The notes under the pieces were generated by a model. It was not told where the DNA came from, did no database searches, and saw nothing but the letters and a program-made list of their open reading frames with translations. A DNA stretch of 64,000 bases from the human T2T-CHM13v2.0 reference genome, Homo sapiens. The position numbers and the translations under genes are program-made. The DNA lies in NCBI RefSeq assembly GCF_009914755.1, contig NC_060932.1. One strand, written 5' to 3'. This document shows, in pieces, positions 35,589 through 49,241 of the stretch; the stretch's first letter is position 1, and each line of letters starts with the position of its first letter.

Positions 35589-35962
35589 TCTATGGTTTTA
35601 TTATGTGTTTCTTCCAAAATTTATGTTGAAACTTAACTGTCATTGTGGTGATATTAAGAAGTGGATTCTTTTGAGAAGTGTTGAAGTCCTGAGGGCTATG
35701 TGCTCATGAATGGGTTACCTATTGCAAAAGAGGCTTCAGAGTGAGTTTGCCTCTCTTGCCCTTCCACCTTCCTCCACCCATGTGAGGACACAGCAAAAAG
35801 TGTCATCTTACATGCAAGACACCAAGCCCTTGCCAGACACCAAACCTGCCAGCAGCCTGATTTTGGACTTCCATACTCCAGAACTGTAAGAAATAAATGT
35901 ATATTGTTTACAAATTACCCAGTCTGTGGTATTTTGTTATAACAGGATAAACAGACTAAGAT
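35589..35962 (+). mobile_element. MSTD/MST-family MaLR solo LTR
   Basis: CCAAAATTTATGTTGAAACTTAA...CATGTGAGGACACAGCAA...CCAGAACTGTAAGAAATAAAT...AATTACCCAGTCT..GGTATTTTGTTATA...GACTAAGA. Confidence 0.88.
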
Positions 35963-36105
35963 TAATGCCTTGTAATTTTTATTAGTAAATAGGCCACATA
36001 TCAGGTAGCAGGAATTGAGGTAAATAGAACTTTACTGTCAGTAATTATGTTGATTTGGCTAAAAATTGTGTCGTGTTTATTGTTTGTTTTAAATATAAGT
36101 ATAAA

Positions 36106-36655
36106 CACTATTCACAATAGCTAAGATATTAAATCAAACTAAGTGTCCAACAACAGATAAGTGCATAAAAATGTGGTACATATACACAATGGGAATACTA
36201 TACAGGCATAAAAAGGAATAAAATCCTGTTATTCACAACAATATGGATGAAACTGGAGGACATTATGCTAGGTGAAACAAGCCAGAAACAGAGAGTTAAC
36301 CACCACATGTTCTCATTCACATGTGGCTAAAAAGAAATTGATCTCATAGCTGTAAAAAGTATTACAAGAGATACTAGAAGCTTGGATGAGTAGGGAGAAG
36401 GGTGATAGGGAGAGTTTTGTTAAAAGATAAAAAATGGTAACTAAATAGGAGGAATTAGTTCAGCATTCTACAGCACTGTAGGATGGCTATAGTAACATAG
36501 TTTTAAATAGCTAGAGGGATATCGAATGTTTCCAGCATAAATGTACATTGTAAATGCTAATTGCTGTGATCAAATCACTATACATTACATGTATTACAGC
36601 ATCACTATGTACCCTATAAATATGTGCAGTTATATATGTAAATTTTAAAAATTTA
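36106..36655 (+). mobile_element. L1MA4/5-type 3' end
   Basis: CACTATTCACAATAGC...GGATGAAACTGGAGGACATTATG...TAGGAGGAAT.AGTTC...AGCACTGTAGGATG.CTATAGT. Confidence 0.82.
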
Positions 36656-36738
36656 ACAACAGTAAATAAATATCAGAGTCTTCAAAGTTATCTAGTGTCA
36701 TTGTTTTTGTCTTTCTTTTTGACTATGGGCTTCCATCT

Positions 36739-37109
36739 TGTATTAAGCTTTTCCAGAGAAACAGAATCAACAGGATAGGGTGTGTGTGTGTGCGTGTGTG
36801 TGTAGGAATCTGCAGGGTGGGCCAGAAGTTTGAAAATCCAGGAAATGTAGTTCATGTTCAAAGGCAGTCTGCTCCCATCATTCCCTTTCCCTTTTCCTCA
36901 GGGAGGTCAGTCATTCTGTTCTATTCAGGTCTTCAGCTGATTACATTATGCCTACCCAAATATGGATGACAATCTGCTTTACTCAAAATCCACTGATTTA
37001 GATGTAAATCTCATCCAAAAACGCCCTCACAAAACATCCAAGATAATGTTCTACAAAATATCTGGGCTCTGTGGCTTAGCCAAATTGATACATAAAATTA
37101 ACCTATGCA
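36739..37109 (-). mobile_element. MLT2 (ERVL) solo LTR with (TG)n
   Basis: TGTATTA....TCCAGAGAAACAGAA.CAA.AGGAT...AATCTGCTTTACTCAAA.TCCACTGATTTA.ATGT.AATCTCATCCAAAAA...CATAAAATTAACC. Confidence 0.88.
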
Positions 37110-37860
37110 TGCTGGTCTTCAGAGAGAGTCTGTCTTACAGCTCCTTCAGCTGTCACACACTGTTACTATACTGGATCCCTGTTGGTGTGGTGACAAGGTT
37201 ACAAGAGAGGAGCTTTCCATAATGTTTCAATTAAATATCACTGTTTCTTGGGCTCAATCTCGGGGGCTCTAATCTTTATTAGTTTCTTCAGTATAATAGT
37301 TTACGTGTCCTCCTCTGGCTTCTCCTTGCCTTCTTCTCTGCATCCTTCCCAATGCATTTGTTTGATTTATTAGCTCTTGCTGCCTATGGGCTCTCCTCCT
37401 GCAAGGCAATACTAGAAGCCTGGGGAAGCCAGGAGTGTGGTGGGATTAATTCCTCTCTCCAAACTGAGATAAAGTTTTAGAATTGGTTTCTGACATCTTT
37501 TCTCCTAGGTGTAGGTCTTTGTAGTGGAAAAAAGATCTCTTTTTGTTTTTCACAATCATTACTTTTTCCCTCTTCTGTCAGAGCCAGGAGATTCTCACAT
37601 GAAGAACCTACTAAGTTGCCTAGAGAGAAAGCCCTTGAAATCCCCCATCAAGCCTGTCACCGAGTGGTTTCTCACTCTCATGCTAGTTAGCATTCAGGCT
37701 CCAGCTATTCATCAAAATTACCTTTCAGGCATTTCCATTGGATTATGTCTCCTGTGACTCCTGCTCCAGTGACACAATCCTTTATCTCTCCATACCCACT
37801 TGTCTCTCCATATTTTGAAAAGGTGGTTTGCCTTGTTAATTTAGGATTTTAGATCAATAA
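37110..37860 (-). mobile_element. Old L1M 5' region (probable continuation of the L1MC split by MST, L1MA and MLT2)
   Basis: Degenerate L1M 5' UTR-like antisense sequence (GAGTTTCTCACTCTCA-like, GGTGGTTTGCC). Confidence 0.45.
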
Positions 37861-38222
37861 TTTTCTAAGTGCTCTTTGAAAGCTCTTATAACATTCACAG
37901 TAAAAACAAATCATTTCACAAGACTGTGAATGCATCAGCAGCTCTGGCTTTTCCTAAGAAGGAAAATTTTTTATATGTGATGTGCATAAAATCCAGTCAT
38001 TCAAAGAATATTTGTCAATCTTTACCTGGAGGCAAATTTTGCTGAAGAAAATATATAATTTAAACATTTAGTCTTGTTAAATATTTTTAATTGTAGTTCA
38101 TATGGTATTGTTTCTTTTAAAAGTCAGTAAGCCATTTTTATCTTCAATTATTGTGTCTGTCATTTCAATGAATATCTCACACAGTTTGTATTTGAATAAT
38201 ACCATTAAAAATTCACCATTTA

Positions 38223-38532
38223 GGCCAGGTGCGGTGGCTCACGCCTGTAATCCCAGCACTTTGGGAAGCTGAGGCGGGTGGATCATGAGGTCAGGAAATC
38301 GAGACCATCCTGGCTAACAAAGTGAAACCCTGTCTCTACTAAAAATACAAAAAATTAGCCAGGCGTGGTGGCGGGTGCCTGTAGTCCCAGCTACTCAGGA
38401 GGCTGAGGCAGAAGAATGTCATGAACCCAGGAGGTGGAGGTTGCAGTGAGCTGAATCATGCCAGTGCACTCCAGCCTTGGCTACAGAGCAAGACTTCATC
38501 TCAAAAAAAAAAAAAAAAAAAAAAACCAAAGG
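38223..38532 (+). mobile_element. AluY/AluSc-type SINE
   Basis: GATCATGAGGTCAGGAAATCGAGACCATCCTGGCTAAC. TSD AATTCACCATTTA at 38210-38222 and 38533-38545. Confidence 0.94.
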
Positions 38533-39149
38533 AATTCACCATTTAAGGTCAGGTTTCTCACTACCAAAATATGTATTTTTAGTCTACTATCTTCTCACAT
38601 TTGAGATGCAAACACAATATTTTTCCAAATATTTGCTAAATTCCTGGCAGACTGCCTCAGACATTCTATCCTATGAAGCCTTTATAAAATCAGCTGAAGA
38701 TGTGTGAACTATTTAATTAACAGTTTTATTGAAGATAAATGGAAGGTTACCATTTCTGTTTACACATTTTAAATGGAAGAAGGTTCTTTTTACCTGATGC
38801 ATTTGATACAAAATTTTTCCTGGAGAGAGAAGATTAATCTACATTATCCACCTTTCCATTTAAAAACTGTCAGGGAGCAATGCAAGACAGGATGTGGACA
38901 TGTAGAAGTAGTGTTGGAAGTAATTTTTAATTTTACTTTGGTAGGTGGATTAATTCTCTTACACTAAGATACTGAATAACATATTTGATTTGTTTTGTTT
39001 TACTTTATTCCAGTAGACTGTAAAGAATTAAATGTCAAAATAAAATATTTTTAATCTTTCAAGCTAAATTGAATATTTTTCTTACAATATTAAATTTAAT
39101 AGTGTTTAAAAACAATGGCTTATGTCACATAATCCCAGGGCTATTTAAA

Positions 39150-40450
39150 TGCTTTAGATTATAAAAAGAAAAAAAAAAACTTTGTCCTAAGGTACAAGGT
39201 ATAATAAATAACTAAACCATATAAAAATTTTATAAAATAAACTACTCTAGACCAATCTCACTTTAAACATCAATACACAAATTTCAAACTGAATAGAAAC
39301 AAATAAAATCAAATTGCACATTAAAATAATACTATATCATAACCACATTGGACTGAGTCCAGGAATAAAAGGTTGATCATAATTAAGAAATGCATTAATT
39401 GAACTAGTTTACAGTCCCACCAACAGTGTAAAAGTGTTCCTATTTCTCCACATCCTCTCCAGCACCTGTTGTTTCCTGACTTTTTAATGATTGCCATTCT
39501 AACTGGAGTGAGATGGTATCTCGTTGTGGTTTTGATTTGCATTTCTCTGATGGCCAGTGATGATGAGCATTTTTTCATGTGTTTTTTGGCTGCATAAATG
39601 TCTTCTTTTGGGAAGTCAGTGTGGCGATTCCTCAGGGATCTAGAACTAGAAATACCATTTGACCCAGCCATCCCATTACTGGGTATATACCCAAAGGACT
39701 ATAAATCATGCTGCTATAAAGACACATGCACACGTATGTTTATTGCGGCACTATTCACAATAGCAAAGACTTGGAACCAACCCAAATGTCCAACAATGAT
39801 AGACTGGATTAAGAAAATGTGGCACATATACACCATGGAATACTATGTGGCCATAAAAAATGATGAGTTCATGTCCTTTGTAGGGACATGGATGAAATTG
39901 GAAATCATCATTCTCAGTAAACTATCGCAAGAACAAAAAACCAAACACCGCATATTCTCACTCATAGGTGGGAATTGAACAATGAGATCACATGGACACA
40001 GGAAGGGGAACATCACACTCTGGGGACTGTTGTGGGGTGGGGGGAGGGGGGAGGGATAGCATTGGGAGATATACCTAATGCTAAATGACGAGTTAGTGGG
40101 TGCAGCGCACCAGCGTGGCACATGTATACATATGTAACTAACCTGCACAATGTGCACATGTACCCTAAAACTTAAAGTATAATAAAAGAAAAATAAATAA
40201 ATAAATAAATAAATGCATTAATATATTTACCTATACATATAAATCTTAAGAGAATACTATGATATTCCGTGTATTTACACTGAAAACATTTGACAAGAAT
40301 ACAACACCAAGGAACCAATCAAAAGTGAAATGAAATAAAGATTCATGCATTTTATTTAATATGCAGAAGACCTATCCTCAGTCTAAATGTCGGCATTATA
40401 TTTGTGTACTTATTTAATCTTTCACTAAAGTCAGGATCTAGGCAAGAAAG
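39150..40450 (+). mobile_element. Ancient L1ME ORF2 (RT) remnant, split by L1PA2 and by a 7-kb L1MC; resumes ~47420-47545
   Basis: Degenerate RPISL.NI and KSGSRQ peptides. The downstream piece encodes a PL..L.FN.VL.VL.NAI-like segment. Confidence 0.6.
39400..40210 (+). mobile_element. Young 5'-inverted (twin-primed) L1PA2
   Basis: Antisense 39400-39610, sense 39611-40210 (ORF2 end SLIGGN; 3' UTR with GACGAGTTAGTGGG, i.e. not Ta). TSD AAATGCATTAAT at 39388-39399 and 40211-40222. Confidence 0.95.
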
Positions 40451-43258
40451 GTCATCTAGTTAAAATGGAAAAGTAGGGAGCTCCATGGGCTTGTCCCTCT
40501 TTGGAAACCCTAAAAAAAAATAGCAAAGTTGTCAGAATCAACTTTACTCTAACTTTGAGAAACAGTCAGAGGTTTGCAACAATAATTTACTTAATCAACA
40601 AAAGCAGTTACTTAAAGATGATAGAAAATATTTGCAGCATATTAAGTTAGCCTTATTTCATCCCATTTCCTTGGCAAGATAGTGGTCTTGAAGATGATAA
40701 TCTCAGTAGGTATTTAGTTATGAAGGAAGAACAGTAAACTTTACTCTCAAGGACTTGTGTTTGTCTGTTTTGACCTATCTTATGGTTCTCTGATTGATAT
40801 GAGGCATTTGCCTTTGTTTAGCCTAATTCAAACTCTGATGGGGTATAAAAGTGTCTAAATGAATGGCATTGTTGGATACCATTATAAGGGAAATTAATAA
40901 GCTGCTTTTGCCTAGGATAACAAAATACAGTTCAGACCTACAATAGACATGCAAAAAGAAAAAAAGCCTTAGAGGAAAAGCTGAAGAATATAAATTTGGA
41001 GACTATAGCTTCAAAAAGCTCCTACATATAATGGAATATTAACAAAGTCATCATGCATCTACTGAGGAAAAATACATGCTCAGAAAACTACTGAGGAGGC
41101 CCTAACTTTTCATTTCCAGCTGATCTTTAAGGAAGAGAACTAACAAAGTGGCTAGGTTTTATAGGAGTGATATAATACTGAGCTAATCGGCAAACACAGA
41201 AATTAAAAAAGACTATTTTTTCTTTTCTTTTCTTTCCTTTTGTTTTATGGTTCCAGAAATTTAAGGAAATTTTGGTTAAACCAGCAGCTTACCAGAATCT
41301 ATAGGAACAGCAACCTCAGAAACCACACATGACAAAGAACACAAACTTTAAAAGGTAGCGTAGGAAAGACATGAAGCAAGCAACTACAGTGCATGGAAAG
41401 GAACAATGAAGAAACCTAAGCGGGGGGTGAATAAGAAGAAATTAGTAAATATTGTCCCTGTGAGGCACAAACATGGACTTAACAGATAAAGACTTTAAAT
41501 CAATTGCCTTATATATGGTCAAAAACTATAGGAAGTAATGGACAAAGGATTTTTTTCAAAAAACAAGAGAACTATGTCTCAGCAAATGAAAACTATTAAT
41601 AAAGAGATAAAAGTTATAGAAAGAGAACCAGATATAAATTCTGTACTTGAAAAGTACAATAACTGAAATGATAATTTCACAGAAGAGTGATCAATATCAG
41701 ATTTGAACAAGCAGAAAAAAGACTGACCAGACCTAATAACAAACCAATTAAAATTATTCAATTTGATGAGCAGAAAGTGAAACGAATGGAGAAGAATATA
41801 GAAGTTTTAAGAGACAGAAGTTATAAGAGAATGGAGAAGAATTTAGAAGTAGGACACCATTGAGTATACCAACATATGTATAAAGAGAATCCCAGAAGAA
41901 GATAAAAAAGATAAAGAGGCAGGAGGAATATTTGAAGAGATAATAGCCAAAACTTCCCAATACATAAATCTATGACTGAGAAACATATTCAAACTGTTGA
42001 AATACAAAAACAAACAGAAACTCTTGAAAGCAGCAAGAGACAAGTGGTGCATAACCAAAAAGTAAAATTCAATAAAATTAACTACCAGTTTGATAGCAGT
42101 AACCATAAAAGCCAAAGGCAGTGAGATAATATATTTAAAATAGAGAGAACACTGTCAATCAAGAATTTCATATCATGCAAAATTGTCCTTCAAAATGAAG
42201 GAGAAAGTAAGATATCTCCATTACACAAAATTTGAGATAATGTGTGGCTAGTAGACATGCTCTAAGGTAAATGTCAGGGGAAATCCTTCATGCTTAATAA
42301 ACAGACAGTAGACAATAATTGAAAGCCAAATGAAGAAGGAAAGACCTCTGCCTAAGGGAACTACACAGATAAATATAAAATTTTGTATTATTGTATTTTT
42401 GATTTTTAAGTTCTTTTTTCCTACCTGACTTGAAAGAAAAATATGGACCAAAAATTATAAATCTATGCTAATGCTTACATACTTTTTAAATTTGTAACTT
42501 TTTACAACATTAAGGAGTAGTAATGGAGCTGTATATGATCACAGTTTTTGTGTGCAATTAAAGCTCATTTTGAATTAATTTAAACTACAAATTTTTATAA
42601 ATTAAAGATATCAACTGTCATCTCTTTGGTAACCAGTAAGAATATAACTTAAAAATATACAAAGAAAAATAAACATTTATCAAATGATATACTAGAATAA
42701 GAACAACTAATTAAACACAAATGAATTTCATAATGGAGGATATGAGGAAAAAAATAGGATACAACATATAGAAAACATATAGCAAAATGGCAGAATTCTT
42801 ATCAGTATTTACATGTAAATGGATTAAACTCTCCAATTAAAAGGCAGAGACTGGCAATAGATTTTTAAAAATCCAACTGTATGCTGTCTGCAAGAAACTC
42901 ACTTTAGATCCAAAAACACAAGTAAGTTGGAAGTGAAAGGATGAAAAAACTGTATTCCATGAAATTAGTAACTAAATGAATTAGTAAAATAGAATTTATA
43001 TCAAATACTGTTACAAGACACAAACACAATTATATATTGATAAATCGTCAATTCACTGAGAAAATATAACAAGTATAAATATATACACACAAAATGGATC
43101 CCAAAAACACATTAAGCAAAAACCAATAGGATTGAAAGGAGAAACTATTTTATAAGACTAGTGGGAACTCCATCAACATGCTTTCAGTAATGGATTCCAT
43201 AATTAGGCAGGAGATTAATAAACAAATAAAAGACTAAGACAACACTGTAAACCAATGA

Positions 43259-43913
<655 letters not shown>

Positions 43914-46900
43914 CTAAATCATACACAATATCTTCTTTGACTTCAATGGCATAAAACTAAATATCAAAAACTAAAAGAAAAACTGGAAAATTCACAAGTA
44001 TGTGGAAATTTAAACAACATACACTTGAAAAAAATGACAATGAATAAAATGATAAATCAAAAAAATTAGAATAAAATTAAATTTACATTTTCATAAAAGA
44101 TACATTTAGAATAAAATGAATAAGATATCAAACTTATAGAATGCAATGAAAGCAAACTCACAAGGAAATTTATAGCTTTATACAGTTATATTTATAAAGA
44201 AGAAAGATTTAAAATCAATAATTTATAAACTTCAAGGAACTCAAAAAAACACAAACATGAAGCTAGTATAAGAAAATACATTATAAAATATTAGAGTAGG
44301 AAAAAAGAGATAAAGAATAGAACAATAGAAAAAATAAACAAAACCAAAAGTTGATTCTTTCAAAAGATTAACAAAGCTAACAAAACTTTACTTGTACTTG
44401 ATGAACAGAAAAAGAGAAAAATTTCAAATTAGTAAAAAAAAAAAAAGCGGAGACATTACAACAGTATGTAGGAGTCTACTGTAAACAATTGCATCCTAAA
44501 AAATTAGATAACCTAGACAAAGTGGACAATAATCTAGAAATATACAAATTATCAGGATTGACTGAAGAAGAAATAAAAAATCTGAACAGATCTATAAGAA
44601 GTAAAGAGATTGAATTGGTAATTAAAAAAAAAAGAAAATCGAATTCTACCAAACATTATAAACACAATTAACAACAATCCTCAAACTGTTACAAAAGTAG
44701 AAGAGGAAGTAGTTTTAATACATCTTATGAGGCCAGCATTCCCAGTCACCAAAGCCAAAGACATCACAATAAAAGAAAACTATAAGCAAATATCCCTTAA
44801 ACATATAGAAAAATATCCTCAATAAAATATTAGCAAACTGAGTACAACTGCATATACAAATTTATATACCATTAACAAGAATGATTTAGGAATGCAAATG
44901 CAGTTCAACATGAAAATTAATCATGTAACACACCACATTAACAGAACAAAGGGGAAAAATACATTATCATCTCTATTGATGCAGGCAAAGCATCTGACAA
45001 ACCCCATCATCCTTTTATGATAAGACACTATACAAAGTAGAAATAATAGAATAGAATTTCCTCACCTGATAAAGTGTACTTATGAAACTCTACACCTAGT
45101 ATCATTCTTGATGATGAAAGACCAAAACTTTTCTAAGATCAGGAACATGTCATACTTGACTTATTTTACCACTTCTGTTCAAACATTAAATTGTACTAGA
45201 AGTTTTTGCCAATGCAATTAAGCATAATGAAAAAATAAAAGGCATAAATATTGAAAAAGAAAACTAAAATTGTCTTTCTTTATAAATGATGTTATTCTAT
45301 ATAAAGAAAATACTGAATAATATATATACACAACTATTAAATGTAATAAATGACCTTAGAAAAGTTACAGGACACCACATCAATGAATAAATATCATTGC
45401 ATTTCTAGATACTGCCAATGAACCATCTATAAATAAAATTAAGAAAACAATTACACATTCAAAATAATAAAATACAAATAAGTTTAACCAAAGGGGTGTA
45501 ATATTTGCACAGTGACAACTGCAAAATATTACTAAAAGAAATCTAAAAATTCCTAAGTAAATGGAAAGCCATCTTGTGTGCATGGATTAGAAGACTTTAT
45601 ACGGTCCTGATTGAAATACTCTACAAAGAAATGTTCAGGTGCATTTCAATTCCTAACAATATCCTAATGGCCACTCTCTGTCTCCCTTTCAGAAATGAAA
45701 AAGCCAATACTAATATTTCTATAGGATTGCTAGGGCCGTTGACTAGCTAAAACAATCTTGAAAAAAAAAAAAGAACAAAGTTGAAGGCAGGAATAATACC
45801 ACAAATTGCAAGAATATTATTGAAAAGCTATGAAACAAGAGAAGCAGAGTAGTACTGGCATAAGGACATTCATATAAAAAAAGGGAGTAGAATTGAGTGT
45901 CCAGAAATAAGTTTATACCTTTGTGGCCAACTTGTCTTTGACAAGAATGCCAACACCACATACTGTGAAAGAAAAATAGCCTCTTCAATAAACAGTGCTA
46001 AGAAAATGAAATATCCAAATACAAAAGAATGAAGTTGCACTCCTCTCTCTCAATGTATACAAACATTAACTCAAAAAGGTCAAAGATGTAAATGTAAGAG
46101 CTAAAACTATCCTACTCTTAGAAGAAATCATAGAGGTTTCATTTTGGCAGTGACATCAAAAGCATGAGAAACAAGAAAAAATATATTAATAAGACAGAAT
46201 AAAAATTTTTTAAAATAGTTTATTCATAAAATGGTATCAGAAAAGTAAAAACCATACCAAATGTGAGAAAATATTTACAAATCAAATATCTGACATGGCT
46301 CTAATACTTAGAATATACAAGAAACTCATTGCTCAACAACACAAAGACAAACAACTCAATAAAGGCAATGAGTGAAAGGTCTAGAGAGACACCTCACTAA
46401 AGAAGACACAGAGCAAATAAACATGAAAAGATCTTCAAAATTATATATCATCATAGAATTGTGGACTAAAACAATGAAATACCAATGGACACCTGTTCTT
46501 ATATCTATAATACAAAACACTGACAATACTAAATGCTGGTGTGGATTTGGAGCAACTGGAACTCTCATTTATTGCAGGTGGAAGTGGAAAATGGTAAGCC
46601 ACTTTGGAATACCATTTGTAAGTCTCTTACATAGCTAAATATAATCTTATCCTAAGATTCAGTATTTGTACTCCTTGGAATTTACTCAAATGAATAGAAA
46701 ACTTATGTGCACACAAAAACCTGCACATGGACGTTTATACTATCTTTAATCACAATTGCCAATACTCGAAAGCAACCTAGCTGTCCTTCAATATGTGAAT
46801 GGATAAATAAACTGTGCTATACCTGTGCAATAGAATATTATCCAGTGATGAACAGAAATGAGCTACCAAGTCATAGAAAGACATGGAGGAACCTAAAATA

Positions 46901-47842
46901 CTGTTAAGTGAAAGAAGCCAATTAAATGAAAGAAGACAGTCTGAAAAGGCTAACACTGTATGATTTCAACTACAAGGCAATCTAGGAAAGGCTAAATTGT
47001 AGACAGTAAAAACATCAGTAGTGGCCAGAGCTTTGGGATAGGAAGAATGAATAGGTGGAGCACAGGTAATTTTTAGTTTGATTAATTTTGTGTGATACTG
47101 TAATGGTGGAAACACAATATTTTGCATTCATCAAAACCTATAGCACTATACAACACAAAGAGTGAAACCTAACTTAAACTATTCACTTTAATTAAAATCA
47201 CATATTTGTATTGGTTTATTAGTTGTAACAAATGTACCACACTAATACAAGATGGTGGTAATAGAAGAGATTGTGTGCAGTGGGTAGGCAGGTTGCCGAG
47301 GAGAGGCAATATGGGAACTTCCTGCACCCTCTGCTCAAGTTTTCTGCAAATGTAAAAATGCTACAAAAAATAAAGTGTATAAATTTAAAAAACAACACAC
47401 ACACACAAACCTATGGAGGAAAAAAGAATGACCACTGTTTTAGCATCATTTAACTGTGTATTGTAGGTATTAACTAATGCAATAAAGTAAGAGAAATCAA
47501 CTGGAGGCATCAAAAACTGAAAAAAAAATAAAAAGTATCTTTTAATACATGTCAACTGAAGGTAATTATTGGTAAAAAATATTTAAATCAATGTTTTTAA
47601 ATCCCCTTTAATCTTTCTATGGCTCTGCCTATAAAATGATGATGTGGGCAGTGAAGTTGTCATCACAACAACCTTTCTGTAATTGTATCCCTAGAAAGGA
47701 GCCCACTATCCTTAATTTTGGATGACGAAAGGTATCTCAAACAAGGAATAAAATATTTTTAAAAACTGATGTTGTCAACCTTTGATTATGGTCAGATTTC
47801 TACACATGCTGTAAAAACACACGAGATTATTAGAATTTTTTT

Positions 47843-48134
<292 letters not shown>

Positions 48135-48809
48135 TGAACACTCATACAAGTAATGTTTCTTAACCAAGATAAAATAATGTAGAATAATAAAATTGACTTT
48201 CCCTAAGGAAGATGAACTACGCTTTTTGTCTTTTTGTTTTTTTCAATTTTTTTTTTGTTAGATTCAGTGAGTATGTGTGCAAGTTTATTAGATGGATATA
48301 TTGAGTGATGCTGGAGTTTGAGCCTCTAATGATTCCACTGCCCAAGTAATAAACATAGTACCCAATAGGTAGTTTTTAAAACCTTGCCTCACCACCCTCT
48401 CTCTCCCCTTTTGGAGTTCCCAGTGACTATCATTCTCATCTTTCTGTCCATGTGTATACAATATTTACCTCCCACTTACAAGTGAGAATGTGTAGTATTT
48501 GGTTTTCTGTTCCTGTGTTAGTTTGCTTAGGTTAAACACAAAAATACAAAACCAGCTGCATCTATGCTGCTGCAAAGGACATGATTTTGCTTTTCTTATG
48601 GCTGTGTAGGTTTCTGTTGTGTGTATGTACCATATTTTCTTTATTCACTCCACTGTTGTTGGGCATATACGTTGATTCCATGTGTTTGCTATTGTGAATA
48701 GAGCAATAAACATATGAGTGCAGGTATCTTTTTGCTAAAATAGTTTATTTTCCTGTGGGTATATACCCAGTAATTGTATTGCTGAGTCAAGTAGTAACGG
48801 ACCCAGTAA

Positions 48810-49241
<432 letters not shown>

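Noticed and set aside
38794-38819. Minus-strand 26-nt microexon candidate (TCTTCTCTCTCCAG| ... CAG|GTAAAA)
   Set aside because: Not frame-preserving, with a weak donor. Expected by chance in 64 kb.
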